From an uncultured Christensenella sp. (lineage in GTDB: Bacteria > Bacillota > Clostridia > Christensenellales > UBA1242), in assembly GCA_949282135.1 (NCBI GenBank), contig CASDOR010000027.1, positions 24,608-88,607 on the forward strand: a stretch of DNA of 64,000 nucleotides, written 5' to 3'. A program made the position numbers and the translations under genes. The notes beneath the pieces are model-generated. The model had not been told where the DNA came from. It ran no database searches and was given only the letters and a program-made list of their open reading frames with translations. Below, one piece after another: positions 19,691 through 29,503 of the stretch. Every line of letters begins with the position of its first letter. The stretch's first letter is position 1.

Positions 19691-21652
19691 GTGGCAAAAA
19701 GAATTAACGTACTTTCAAGTGATGTTTATAATAGAATTTCTGCAGGTGAAGTTGTAGAAAACCCCGCCTCAGTAGTAAAGGAATTAGTAGAAAATGCTCT
19801 TGACGCGGGTGGCAAGAATATAACAATTGAAATAGCTGATGGCGGAACCAAACTAATAAAAGTTGTTGACGATGGCGGAGGGATTAACTTTGAAGATTTA
19901 GACAAGGTTTTTTTACCACATGCAACAAGTAAAATTGCTAAAGCTTCTGACCTTGAATCTATTTTGACACTTGGGTTTAGGGGTGAGGCCCTTGCAAGTA
20001 TTGCATCTGTCTCTCAAGTTGAGATTTTATCAAAGACTATGGAAAGTGAAGTTGGAGGTAAAATTACTATTCAGGGAGGGCAAAATCAAGAAATTACCGA
20101 GTGTCCATTTAATACTGGGACAAGTGTGAGTGTAAAAAATTTATTTTTTAACACACCTGCTAGATTAAAATTTTTAAAATCCTTAAAACAAGAAGAAAAT
20201 TTAGTTACTAATATTGTAAACAGGCTAATGCTTGCAAATCCAGAAATTTCATTTAAGTACATTGTGAATGGTAAAATTGTTTATAATTCTGTAATAAATG
20301 GTCTTATAGAGAAGATTTTTATGATATATGGTAAAGAAACAATTCAAAACTTGATTCCTATAAACATAAGTAATGGTGATTTTGCCTTACATGGATTTAT
20401 TTCAAAGCCCTCTTTCTGTAAAGCGAATAAAACCTATCAAACTTTAATTGTAAATAATAGATATGTGTCAAATACACTTGTGTCTGTCGCGGTATCAAAT
20501 GCGTATGAGAATTTTCTTATGAAAGGAAAATTTCCATTGTTTGTATTAAATTTATCCGTTGATAATAGTGATATTGACGTAAATGTACATCCAAGTAAAA
20601 TGGAGGTTAAGTTTAGAGAGCCTAGAAAAATTTATGAGTTTTTCTATTCGTCGATACTTAGTGTGTTAAATGAAAGTAATTCGGCACTAAGTTTTGTTGG
20701 AGAAAGCGAACTTTCATTGTTCGAAAGACCTAGTGCAAATACAAGCCAAAGTTCTTCAATGAAGGAAGTTAGTGGCGGTTTTAGCTTTGGAGATATGCAA
20801 AGCTTAAAACAAGAGTTAGAAAATCTTAATGTGAGTGCTCCGACTTATAATGAAAACGAACTTACTAATTTTTATTCAAATTCCTATCATACATATATAG
20901 AGGCTACAACTGAAGATAAGAATTTAGAGACAGATTCTAGTTCTACAAGCTTTGATAATACAATGAATGAAAGGTTAGAGTTTGACTTTTTTAGTAAAGA
21001 GAATATCAATTTTGACCCATTTAATGACGATTTTAAACCAAAAACTAAGTCTTACGTTGAACAACAGGAAATTAAAGATAATTTGTTTTATAAAATTGTT
21101 GGAACATTATTTAGCACTTATATTATTGTTGAAATGGGAGAGACGTGTTATTTAATTGATGAGCATGCGGGACATGAGAGAGTTTTATATGACAAACTGC
21201 TTAAGGACTATGAAAAAAAGAAAATAGTTAAACAAGATTTGCTTATGCCATATGTTTTTGAAGTAAATCCAGTAGAGAAAAATTTAATTGAAGAAAATCT
21301 TGATGTTTTTTCTGATTTAGGTTTTGAAATAGATAGTTTTGGGACAAATTCTTATAAAATTAATTCAATACCACATATACTTTCTGGTATAAAATTAAAT
21401 GAGTTTATTAAAGAATGTTTAAAAGACCCAAATAAAATTTCAAAAAATAATGAAGAAATAAAAAATAAATTTGCAAGAAGTGCTTGTCGTAGTGCTGTTA
21501 AAAGTGGGGATGAACTTAGTAGTAACGAAATTGAAATTTTACTTAAACAAATAATGAAAGATGATAGAATACTTCTTTGCCCTCATGGTAGACCTATTTG
21601 TGTAAAGCTTACCAAATATGATTTAGAAAAAATGTTTAAAAGGGTGGTGTAG
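19691..21652 (+). CDS. mutL: DNA mismatch repair protein MutL
   Basis: 653 aa from a GTG start with SD ggagg. It has the GHKL ATPase N-terminus ([25 protein letters not shown]) and the C-terminal endonuclease motif region (DEHAGHERV). Confidence 0.95.
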   Translation: [653 protein letters not shown]

Positions 21653-21657
21653 GTCAC

Positions 21658-22590
21658 TTGAAAAGAATTTTGATTATTACTGGGCCTACAGCAAGCGGAA
21701 AGACAGATTTTGCAATTAGTTGTGCAAAAGAACTTAATGGTGAAATAATTTCAGCAGACTCTATGCAAATTTATAGAAACCTTGACATTGGTACTGCAAA
21801 ACCAAATTTGACGGAAAGGCAAGACATACCACATTATCTTATTGATGAGGTGGAAGCGGGGGAAGAGTATAGCGTACAACAGTTTGTAAAAAGTGCAAGG
21901 GAAAGGATAGATGATATAACTAGTCGTGGCAAATTACCCATTGTAGTTGGTGGTACTGGGCTATATATTAAGTCTCTTATTTATCCATATTCGTTTGCAT
22001 CATCAAAAAAAGATGTTGAGTTAAGAAAAAAATATAACAAATTACTTAACGAAAAAGGAAAAGAATATATTTTTAGTCTACTCGCAAGTAAAGATAAACT
22101 AGCTAGTGAAAAAATTCATCCGAATGATACAAAACGCGTTATACGTGCACTTGAGATTATAGAACAAACAGGGCGAACTAAAAGTGAACAAAATACTGAA
22201 AGTCAAAAACCTATTTATGACTATGTTTTAGTTGCTCTAACGATGGATAGAGAGGTGCTTTATAAAAAAATTAATGATAGGGTAGACAAAATGTTTGATA
22301 AAGGACTAGTTCAAGAAGTAAAAACCTTATTTGATGAAGGCGAAGTCTCTTGGGAGTCGCAGTCAATGCAGGCGATTGGCTATAAAGAATTTAAGAATTA
22401 TTTTTCGTCAGCAATTTCCTTGGACGAGTTAAAGGAATTAATTAAAAAAAATTCTAGAAATTATGCAAAAAGGCAACTTACTTTCATTAGAGGACTAGAA
22501 AATGTTGTATGGTTTGATATAGAAAAGGAAAAGGAAAAAGCATTAAAATATGTAGTTAGTAGATTTAAGGAGAATAAAAATGGAAATTGA
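21658..22590 (+). CDS. miaA: tRNA dimethylallyltransferase
   Basis: 310 aa with P-loop GPTASGKT, SADSMQIYR..DIGTAKP and GGTGLY. Confidence 0.93.
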   Translation: MKRILIITGPTASGKTDFAISCAKELNGEIISADSMQIYRNLDIGTAKPNLTERQDIPHYLIDEVEAGEEYSVQQFVKSARERIDDITSRGKLPIVVGGTGLYIKSLIYPYSFASSKKDVELRKKYNKLLNEKGKEYIFSLLASKDKLASEKIHPNDTKRVIRALEIIEQTGRTKSEQNTESQKPIYDYVLVALTMDREVLYKKINDRVDKMFDKGLVQEVKTLFDEGEVSWESQSMQAIGYKEFKNYFSSAISLDELKELIKKNSRNYAKRQLTFIRGLENVVWFDIEKEKEKALKYVVSRFKENKNGN

Positions 22591-23803
22591 TAGCAGAATT
22601 TTAAAAGCAGAAGAAGAATTAAATGAGGATTTTAAGCGAGCAGAGGAAGTTGCTCTAAAAAATACAAATAAAATTTTAAATGCGTTTAGAAACAATAGAA
22701 TCTCAGCAAATCACTTTTATGGGTCGACAGGATATGGGTTTGATGATTTGGGAAGAGAGAAACTAATGAAGGTGTTTGCAGATAGTTTTAGTGCTGAAGA
22801 GGCAATAGTGTCTCAAGCTATTTCATGCGGCACAGAGGCTTTGACTACTGTTTTGTATGGCTTACTAAGACCTGGCGATGTTATGCTCGCGATAACCGGG
22901 AAGCCATATGATACACTAGACCAAACAATTTTTGGACTTGATAAAGAGGATAACGGAAGCTTAAAAGATTTTGGAGTTATTTATAAACAAGTAGAATTAA
23001 AAAATGGGGATTTTGATGAAGAAAAGATTTTAGAAGCTGTTAAAAGTAATCCTAAAATGATTTACATACAAAGGTCTTGTGGCTATTTAACTAGAAGGGC
23101 GGTAAGAATAAATAGGCTAGAAAATATTATTAAAAAAATCAGACAAGTTAATAAAACTAGTATAATCATGGTCGATAATTGCTATTGTGAGTTTGTCGAG
23201 GACAGAGAACCAACAGAAGTCGGAGCAGACGTGACTGCAGGCTCATTAATTAAAAATCCAGGAGGAGGACTAGTCTCTAATGGCGGATACATTGCTGGAA
23301 AGAAAAAATATATTGACCTCATAGCAGGTAGATTTACTTCGCCTTCCATTAAAACAGAGGTAGGTTCTTTTGAAGGTGGATATAGGCTTATGTATCAGGG
23401 ACTTTTCATGTCTCCTCACACTGTTTTGCAGGCAAAGAAAGGTTCAATGTTAATAGGTAAGGTGATGAGTAATTTAGGCTATAAACTCGTTGACAATTCA
23501 TTTAAACTTGCTGATATTGTGCGTTCAGTTTACTTTGAGGATAGAGATGATTTAATTAGCTTTTGTGGCTCAATCCAACACATGTCGCCGGTTGATAGTT
23601 ATGTGACACCTATTCCAAGTCCTATGGCAGGGTATAATAATGATATTATAATGGCAGCAGGTTGTTTTGTGCAGGGAAGTACTATAGAATTAAGTTGTGA
23701 TAGTCCTCTTAAAAAGCCTTACATATTGTATATTCAAGGTGGGCTCACATATGAACATGTTAAACTTGCCCTTAACGATTATCTTTTAAATAGAAAAGAT
23801 TAA
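22580..23803 (+). CDS. PLP-dependent aluminium-resistance / Met-gamma-lyase-like family protein (YnbB-like)
   Basis: 407 aa. The N-terminal pattern (..NTNKILNAFRNNRISANHFYGSTGYGFDDLGREKL..) and the position after miaA match the YnbB-type family found in Bacillota. Confidence 0.65.
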   Translation: MEIDSRILKAEEELNEDFKRAEEVALKNTNKILNAFRNNRISANHFYGSTGYGFDDLGREKLMKVFADSFSAEEAIVSQAISCGTEALTTVLYGLLRPGDVMLAITGKPYDTLDQTIFGLDKEDNGSLKDFGVIYKQVELKNGDFDEEKILEAVKSNPKMIYIQRSCGYLTRRAVRINRLENIIKKIRQVNKTSIIMVDNCYCEFVEDREPTEVGADVTAGSLIKNPGGGLVSNGGYIAGKKKYIDLIAGRFTSPSIKTEVGSFEGGYRLMYQGLFMSPHTVLQAKKGSMLIGKVMSNLGYKLVDNSFKLADIVRSVYFEDRDDLISFCGSIQHMSPVDSYVTPIPSPMAGYNNDIIMAAGCFVQGSTIELSCDSPLKKPYILYIQGGLTYEHVKLALNDYLLNRKD

Positions 23804-24082
23804 AAGCCTTTATTTAATATTAGGTTTTATTTTGTTAAGATTTTTGATTTTAGTAAAAATTTGTTTTTTCAAAAAACTTAATCAATCCTAAAATATTTTA
23901 ATTATTTATTTTTTAATAGAAATCTTTTAAAATATATAATAGTAACATAATCAAAACTACCGACTAAGCTGGTGGTTTTGAATACAAAAAAAGACAAATA
24001 ACCTTATTTAAAAAGCTATTTGTCTACAAACTAAAAGAACTCATCTATATTTAAGATGAGTTCTTTATGTCTTTTTAATTAA

Positions 24083-25141
24083 TTATTTTACTGGTTCTTG
24101 TGAATTAGTTGGGGTATTAATATTAGGTTTACTTGGATTAGGTTTACTCGGATTAGGATTATCTGGAGTAGTTGAGGTGTTTTTTTTGTATAATTTAAAT
24201 CCATCCCCATCATCTACAAAAGTTTTTTTAGAGGTATTTTCGTCTGTATTAAAATTAAACTCTACACTTCCACCGCCATACATACCACTTTCAGCATTAT
24301 AACCAACATAACCTCCATAGGTAATAGTGTTATTACTTTCTCCAAGTGAGGTTGTATGATTAGCACTTGCTCTTGTATCCCAGCCCTTTATTTTCCCGTC
24401 GTTACTTATGTCTAGGTCACCTTCAACATTGAGGCTAACGCTATTTTCGTTATCAAAATACCAAGTGTTATCAACTCCAGCTGAAAAATTGAATAAACCT
24501 TCTGATGAAGATGGGTTATGAGATAGTGTTTTATCTAAGCCTACGCCAACTGAGGTGTCAGTTTTGTCACCATGTAATGTGATCTCTCCGCCTACACCTA
24601 AAAGTGTAGCATCTCTTGAAGTTGCGACATGTGTTTCAATTGATCCAGTCACAGGATTTCTTGTGTTATTTGTAGGTGAAACATTTTCGCTTTTTGTAAC
24701 TTCATTTGTTTGCTCATTATGTGTTGTTGATTCATTATTAGTGTTAGAAGAATTAGTATCATTTGTGGTTTGCTCGTTATCCTTATCTTTATTAGAAAAG
24801 ACATCTTTAAATGTTTCAAGAATACCTTTGTCTTCTTTTTCATCTGTCTTATTATCTTCAACTGCTATTGTATTGTCGTCAATTTGATAGACAGTAGAAT
24901 CTTCATTTATTCTATTCTCAAATTCTTTATCAGTATTCTGTGTAACAACTTTAGTTGAGTCAAGTTCTTTCTCTGGGGCGTTTGTTGAAAAGTTTGGACC
25001 ATGAAATATTCCAAAAGCTATAATTGCAGAAGTCAAAGCAGAAACAAACGCTGTTCCCCAAAATTTTATTCTGCCAAGAAATTTTCTATTATCTTCAATA
25101 TAATTTTCAACTTTTCCTTTTTTATTGTCAACACTTTTCAT
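24083..25141 (-). CDS. Membrane-anchored hypothetical surface protein (low-complexity N/T/E-rich linker, beta-rich C-domain, PNPSKP tail)
   Basis: 352-aa ORF with one N-terminal TM helix (FWGTAFVSALTSAIIAFGIF) and a C-terminal PDNPNPSKPNPSKPN repeat. A hairpin at about 24038-24066 follows the stop. No family recognised. Confidence 0.6.
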   Translation of the reverse strand: MKSVDNKKGKVENYIEDNRKFLGRIKFWGTAFVSALTSAIIAFGIFHGPNFSTNAPEKELDSTKVVTQNTDKEFENRINEDSTVYQIDDNTIAVEDNKTDEKEDKGILETFKDVFSNKDKDNEQTTNDTNSSNTNNESTTHNEQTNEVTKSENVSPTNNTRNPVTGSIETHVATSRDATLLGVGGEITLHGDKTDTSVGVGLDKTLSHNPSSSEGLFNFSAGVDNTWYFDNENSVSLNVEGDLDISNDGKIKGWDTRASANHTTSLGESNNTITYGGYVGYNAESGMYGGGSVEFNFNTDENTSKKTFVDDGDGFKLYKKNTSTTPDNPNPSKPNPSKPNINTPTNSQEPVK

Positions 25142-25337
25142 ATCTTCACCTCACTCATTTGTTGTATAAATTATATACTTAAAACTAAAATTTGTCAATA
25201 TTGACTTTTATTATTGTCACTTTGCACTATTATATGTCGTTTTGCTAAAAAATAGTCTGAAATAAGGATTACTTTATAACTATTAAGTGTTTTATTAAAT
25301 TTAAAGAGAGTTAATAAATTTATGCAAAACATTTATG

Positions 25338-25366
25338 TTTACAAAAATAAAAAGTTTCGCTATAAT
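25338..25366 (+). promoter_or_regulatory. Sigma-A type promoter for aspS
   Basis: TTTACA, a 17-nt spacer, then TATAAT, about 30 nt upstream of the aspS start. Confidence 0.5.
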
Positions 25367-25395
25367 AAGTTATAAAATTACAAAGGGGAAGAGGC

Positions 25396-27153
25396 ATGAT
25401 TAGTCTTAAAAATAATATCTATAGAAGTCATATGTGTGGACTTCTTTCATCAAAACATATTGGGGCAGAAGTAAGAGTTGCTGGCTGGGTAAACAATATT
25501 AGGAAAATGGGGAGTTTGACATTTTTAACTCTTAGGGATCAAACAGGTGTTGTCCAAATTTTTGTAGAAGATGAAAAAATGGTAAAAGATATTACAAAGG
25601 AAAGCACTGTTACAATTCATGGCCTTGTTAGAGGAAGAGGGGAGAAAAATATCAACTCTGATATGAAGACAGGCGAGATAGAGGTGCTTGCAAAAAAGAT
25701 TGAAGTTTTAGGTAAATGCGAAGATATTTTGCCATTTGAAATTTCACGTGCAAGAGACCAAAATGAAAACACACGACTTAAATATAGGTATCTAGATTTA
25801 AGAAATGAGCAAAATTTAGAAAATATTTGTAAACGTGCGGAATTAATGAGATTTATTAGGGAGCAAATGAATGAGTTAGAATTTATGGAAATTCAAACTC
25901 CTATTTTAACTTCGTCAAGTCCAGAAGGTGCAAGGGATTATTTGGTACCAAGTAGAATAAATGCTGGGAAATTTTATGCTCTACCACAAAGCCCTCAAAT
26001 TTTTAAGCAACTTCTTATGATTAGCGGTTTTACAAGGTATTTTCAGATAGCACCATGTTTTAGGGATGAGGACGCTAGAGCAGATAGAAGTCCTACTGAA
26101 TTTTATCAACTTGACTTTGAGGCAAGTTTTGTAACGCAGGATGATATTTTAGAGGTATTACAAACTGTCTTATATAACACTCTTACTCATTTTACGACTC
26201 TTTCAGTAGACAAGCCTCCATTTGTACGAATAAAATTTAAAGATGCAATGGAAATGTATGGGACTGACAAGCCTGACCTTAGAAATCCATTGAAGTTAAT
26301 AGATTTAACAAAAGATTTTACAAAACATAGTTTTTCAGTACTAACAGACAAATACATTTTTGCACTCAAAGCTAAAGCAAATGATATGGGTAGACGTTTC
26401 TTTGACGCGTTAACTGCATCAATAAAAGTGCAAGGTGCTGGTGGACTTGTATACTTAAAATATGATGGGCAGGAGTTCTCTGGCCCTGCCGCAAAATATT
26501 TTTCAGAAAAGGATTTAGATATATTAAAAGAAAAAGCTAGCCTTGAAGCGGGCGATACGTTGTTTATTGTCTCTGACGTTAAACGAAATAGGGCGCTAAA
26601 ATATACAGGGTTCCTAAGAAATGAGCTTGGCGAAAAATTAGAGCTTATTGATAAAAACGCGTTTAAACCTTGTTTTATTGTTGATTTTCCTTTTTATGAA
26701 GAAGATGATGATGGAAATGTTGCTTTTTCACATAATCCATTTTCTATGCCACAAGGCGGTATGGATGCTCTTAAAAATCAAAATCCATTTGACATTGTTG
26801 CATATCAGTATGACTTGGTTTTAAATGGGGTCGAACTTGCAAGTGGTGCGGTTAGAAATCATAGTAGGGAAATTATGGTTGAAGCATTTAGACTTGCAGG
26901 CTATGATAAGGAAGTTGTTGAGAATAAATTTCCAGCACTATTTAATGCTTTTAGATATGGGGCACCACCTCACGCAGGAGCAGCCATAGGCTTTGACAGA
27001 CTTCTTATGTTTATTTGTAATGAAACAAGTATTAAGGAAGTAATGGCTTTCCCAATGAATAAGTCCGCAGAAGATCCTCTTATGGGAGCACCAAGTGTTG
27101 TAACTGATAAGCAGTTAAGGGATGTTCACATTAAAGTAGACCTTAATGAGTAA
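25396..27153 (+). CDS. aspS: Aspartyl-tRNA synthetase (bacterial type)
   Basis: 585 aa with an OB-fold N-domain, class II motifs (FRDEDARADRSPEF-like FRDEDARADRSPTEFYQLD; GVELASGAVRNH; GAPPHAGAAIGFDRL) and the GAD insertion domain. Confidence 0.95.
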   Translation: MISLKNNIYRSHMCGLLSSKHIGAEVRVAGWVNNIRKMGSLTFLTLRDQTGVVQIFVEDEKMVKDITKESTVTIHGLVRGRGEKNINSDMKTGEIEVLAKKIEVLGKCEDILPFEISRARDQNENTRLKYRYLDLRNEQNLENICKRAELMRFIREQMNELEFMEIQTPILTSSSPEGARDYLVPSRINAGKFYALPQSPQIFKQLLMISGFTRYFQIAPCFRDEDARADRSPTEFYQLDFEASFVTQDDILEVLQTVLYNTLTHFTTLSVDKPPFVRIKFKDAMEMYGTDKPDLRNPLKLIDLTKDFTKHSFSVLTDKYIFALKAKANDMGRRFFDALTASIKVQGAGGLVYLKYDGQEFSGPAAKYFSEKDLDILKEKASLEAGDTLFIVSDVKRNRALKYTGFLRNELGEKLELIDKNAFKPCFIVDFPFYEEDDDGNVAFSHNPFSMPQGGMDALKNQNPFDIVAYQYDLVLNGVELASGAVRNHSREIMVEAFRLAGYDKEVVENKFPALFNAFRYGAPPHAGAAIGFDRLLMFICNETSIKEVMAFPMNKSAEDPLMGAPSVVTDKQLRDVHIKVDLNE

Positions 27154-27374
27154 ATATTTTGAATTTATGCTTTATAATATTTTGAGTAAAAGCTTTATTA
27201 AAATTAGCTTTTAGTAATTTTTGACCTAGCGTTTAAAAACTTTATTTTATAAAATATTAGAGCTCTTCTATTTTAGTTTTTATTTAGGTTTAGAATAAAT
27301 AGAGTAGGTGATTTGAGTTTATGCAAAACTTTATTTAATTAAGCTATCAATTTTGTTAAATGTTATTTTATAAT

Positions 27375-27401
27375 AAAAAAGACCTCGAGTGGGTCTTTTT
27401 T
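27375..27401. terminator. Bidirectional rho-independent terminator
   Basis: AAAAAAGACC-tcgagtg-GGTCTTTTTT forms a 10-bp stem with A- and T-runs on either side. It lies directly after the stop of the minus-strand ORF 27403-27768. Confidence 0.7.
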
Positions 27402-27402
27402 A

Positions 27403-27768
27403 TTATCTTTCCATTGAAGGTTCGTTATCTATTTTTAGTTCGTTATTAATTGTTTCAATATCATATTTGTATTTTTCATAATCGCAAGTACTCAAAAATG
27501 GCTCCCAAAGTACTTTATTGATATCTTCACAGTATTTGGAGCAAGCTTTTTTGTTTGAAAATATATTTTCTACTATGTCATTATCTATAATTTCAATGCT
27601 TTGTTCTTTGATAGAAGGATAACTTACTTGATAAAAATCTCTTATACAATTATCGCACTCTACTGTAAAATGATTTTCTACAATTACTTTAGAAGGAATA
27701 AGCGCAACAGTACTACTAATTCCATTATTTTTTATTAAACACTTTCTTGCTGCATAAAAATTATTCAT
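27403..27768 (-). CDS. Hypothetical protein (121 aa, Cys-containing, no recognised family)
   Basis: The ORF has a flanking terminator and is the only long ORF in this intergenic island. No motif recognised. Confidence 0.45.
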   Translation of the reverse strand: MNNFYAARKCLIKNNGISSTVALIPSKVIVENHFTVECDNCIRDFYQVSYPSIKEQSIEIIDNDIVENIFSNKKACSKYCEDINKVLWEPFLSTCDYEKYKYDIETINNELKIDNEPSMER

Positions 27769-27989
27769 ATTTTTTCACCTCAGGGTCAATTATAAAATAA
27801 ATTAAAAAAAATTTCAATAGCAAATTTTAATTTTGGATTAAAATAATTTTCTAGTACAAGTTTTAAATTGTTTTGTAATCATTTATAGAAATAAACTTAT
27901 ATTATTTACTCTTATTAAGCGGCATTAAATCTAATTTGTTTTTACTACCAATTTAAAATAATAACAAGAAATATTTTTAATTTTGTATA

Positions 27990-28018
27990 AAAAATAAAAA
28001 AACGAGCTTTGCAGCTCG
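27990..28018 (-). terminator. Terminator downstream of tRNA-Glu
   Basis: On the minus strand, CGAGCT-gcaa-AGCTCG is followed by a long T-run. Confidence 0.65.
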
Positions 28019-28025
28019 AATTTCT

Positions 28026-28100
28026 TGGTACCACCAGCGGGATTCGAACCCGCATTACCGGCGTGAGAGGCCAGCGTACTAACCCTTATACTATGATGGC
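28026..28100 (-). tRNA. tRNA-Glu (anticodon CUC), CCA encoded
   Basis: Manual cloverleaf of the 75-nt reverse complement GCCATCA-TA-GTAT-AAGGGTTA-GTAC-G-CTGGC-CTCTCAC-GCCGG-TAAT-GCGGG-TTCGAAT-CCCGC-TGGTGGT-A-CCA. All four stems pair (with G-U pairs) and the T-loop is TTCGAAT. Confidence 0.85.
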
Positions 28101-28441
28101 TCATTTGAATACATATATAATACCAAATCATAACAAAAAAATCAATAGAAATTTTAAATTTATTAATTATTAATGTAGTTTTTATTTTATTGCAAATAGT
28201 TGATTTGTTAAGTTCCATAATATGTAGGAAAGGTTGTACCTTAGACAAACATTTGGTTTTTAAAATATAAGGTTGGAAAAAATAAAAATTTTAACAAGTC
28301 AAAAATTGAACTTTTTAAAATTAATTATTGGCAAAAATCTAATTTTTAGAAATATTTTATTTTTTATCCATTTAAAATTTACTTGATATAATTTAATTTA
28401 CTTTTAATTTTTTTTATGGTAAACTACTAATAATTATACAA

Positions 28442-28518
28442 GGTCTTATAGCTCAGTTGGTTAGAGCGCTTCCTTCACATGGAAGAGGCCATAGGTTCGA
28501 GTCCTATTAAGACCACCA
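28442..28518 (+). tRNA. tRNA-Val (anticodon CAC), CCA encoded
   Basis: Manual cloverleaf, 77 nt: GGTCTTA-TA-GCTC-AGTTGGTTA-GAGC-G-CTTCC-TTCACAT-GGAAG-AGGCC-ATAGG-TTCGAGT-CCTAT-TAAGACC-A-CCA. Confidence 0.85.
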
Positions 28519-28776
28519 GATTTTAGTTTGATAAGATTAAGTGTAAACTTTAAGACTACTTTTGGTTTGCATTTTTTTATTATAGGAATTTCTATAAAGT
28601 TTTAAAAAAAATAAAAAAGCAGTTAAAATATAACTAGCTCTAAATATTAATGAGTTACTTTATGTTATCTAATTTTAAGTGGTCTTTTATTAAGACAAAA
28701 GGCAATGCTTTAATATATACAATAAAAAACAGAGACAAATTTATACAAAGGGCTACAACATTATTTGTTTTATTTT

Positions 28777-29349
28777 TTAAATTACAGAAGCAACAAATAT
28801 TTCGAGACCTATAATGATAAGAATTACTCCGCCGAGAATTTCTGATTTATTTCCTAGTACATTTCCAAATTTTTTTCCAATAAAAAAACCGAGTAAACAC
28901 ATAAAAAAAGTAATAACAGAGATAAATATTGTTGATAAAATCATCATAACAAGCGAATATTCTGCAAAGGTAATACCAATTGATAAGGCATCAATAGAAC
29001 TTGCTATTGCTTGAATAATTAGACCAAAAAAGGTTAGCTCTTTAGTTTTTTCTGCCTCTTTTTCATTTTTTCTTATGCCCTCGATAATCATTTTGTAGCC
29101 TATAATTGTTAGTAAAAATAAGGCAATATAGGGAATATAATCTTTTATTACTCCTAAAATTAAATATCCAATAAAAAAGCCAATAATAGGCATAATAGCC
29201 TGAAAAACAGCAAAAATTAGTGCCATTAAAAGTAGTTTTTGTTTAGAAATATTTTTATTACTCAAACCATTACCCATAGAAATAACACATGCATCCATTG
29301 CAAGTCCAATTGATAATGAGATTGTTCTAAAATAAAATTCGAAATTCAT
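28777..29349 (-). CDS. mntP: Manganese efflux pump MntP family
   Basis: 190 aa counted from the internal ATG at 29349 (MNFEFYFRTISLSIGLAMDACVISMGNG..). Two DUF204-type repeats (LAMDA.. and SIDALSIG) and 6 TM helices. The upstream 26 codons of the ORF track look non-coding. Confidence 0.8.
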   Translation of the reverse strand: MNFEFYFRTISLSIGLAMDACVISMGNGLSNKNISKQKLLLMALIFAVFQAIMPIIGFFIGYLILGVIKDYIPYIALFLLTIIGYKMIIEGIRKNEKEAEKTKELTFFGLIIQAIASSIDALSIGITFAEYSLVMMILSTIFISVITFFMCLLGFFIGKKFGNVLGNKSEILGGVILIIIGLEIFVASVI

Positions 29350-29503
29350 TATTAAACCTTTTAAACAACTAAGAACATGGCATTTCTTATAAAAGATAAT
29401 ATGTAGTAAACTTTGATTAAGTTGCAAAAACCATTTTATTTTCTATAAATATATGCTATAATTCATTAAATTATTTTTTATTTGTGAAATTAAAGGAGAA
29501 ACA

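Noticed and set aside
25142-25395. T-box leaders upstream of the aminoacyl-tRNA synthetase genes (aspS here; also proS, glyQS, serS)
   Set aside because: The upstream gaps are short (10-250 nt). I could not find the conserved T-box sequence (..GGTGGTACCGCG-like) or a specifier/antiterminator arrangement in any of them.
27931-28248. 105-aa minus-strand ORF from the ORF track
   Set aside because: It runs straight through the tRNA-Glu gene and its terminator (28026-28100). The conserved-looking middle (..ASHAGNAGSNPAGG..) is simply the tRNA read as protein.
29350-29503. yybP-ykoY manganese riboswitch upstream of mntP
   Set aside because: Only about 150 nt of very AT-rich sequence is shared with the divergent fhs promoter. 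No conserved GGAGAGTAG / GGGGAGTAG-type elements are visible.
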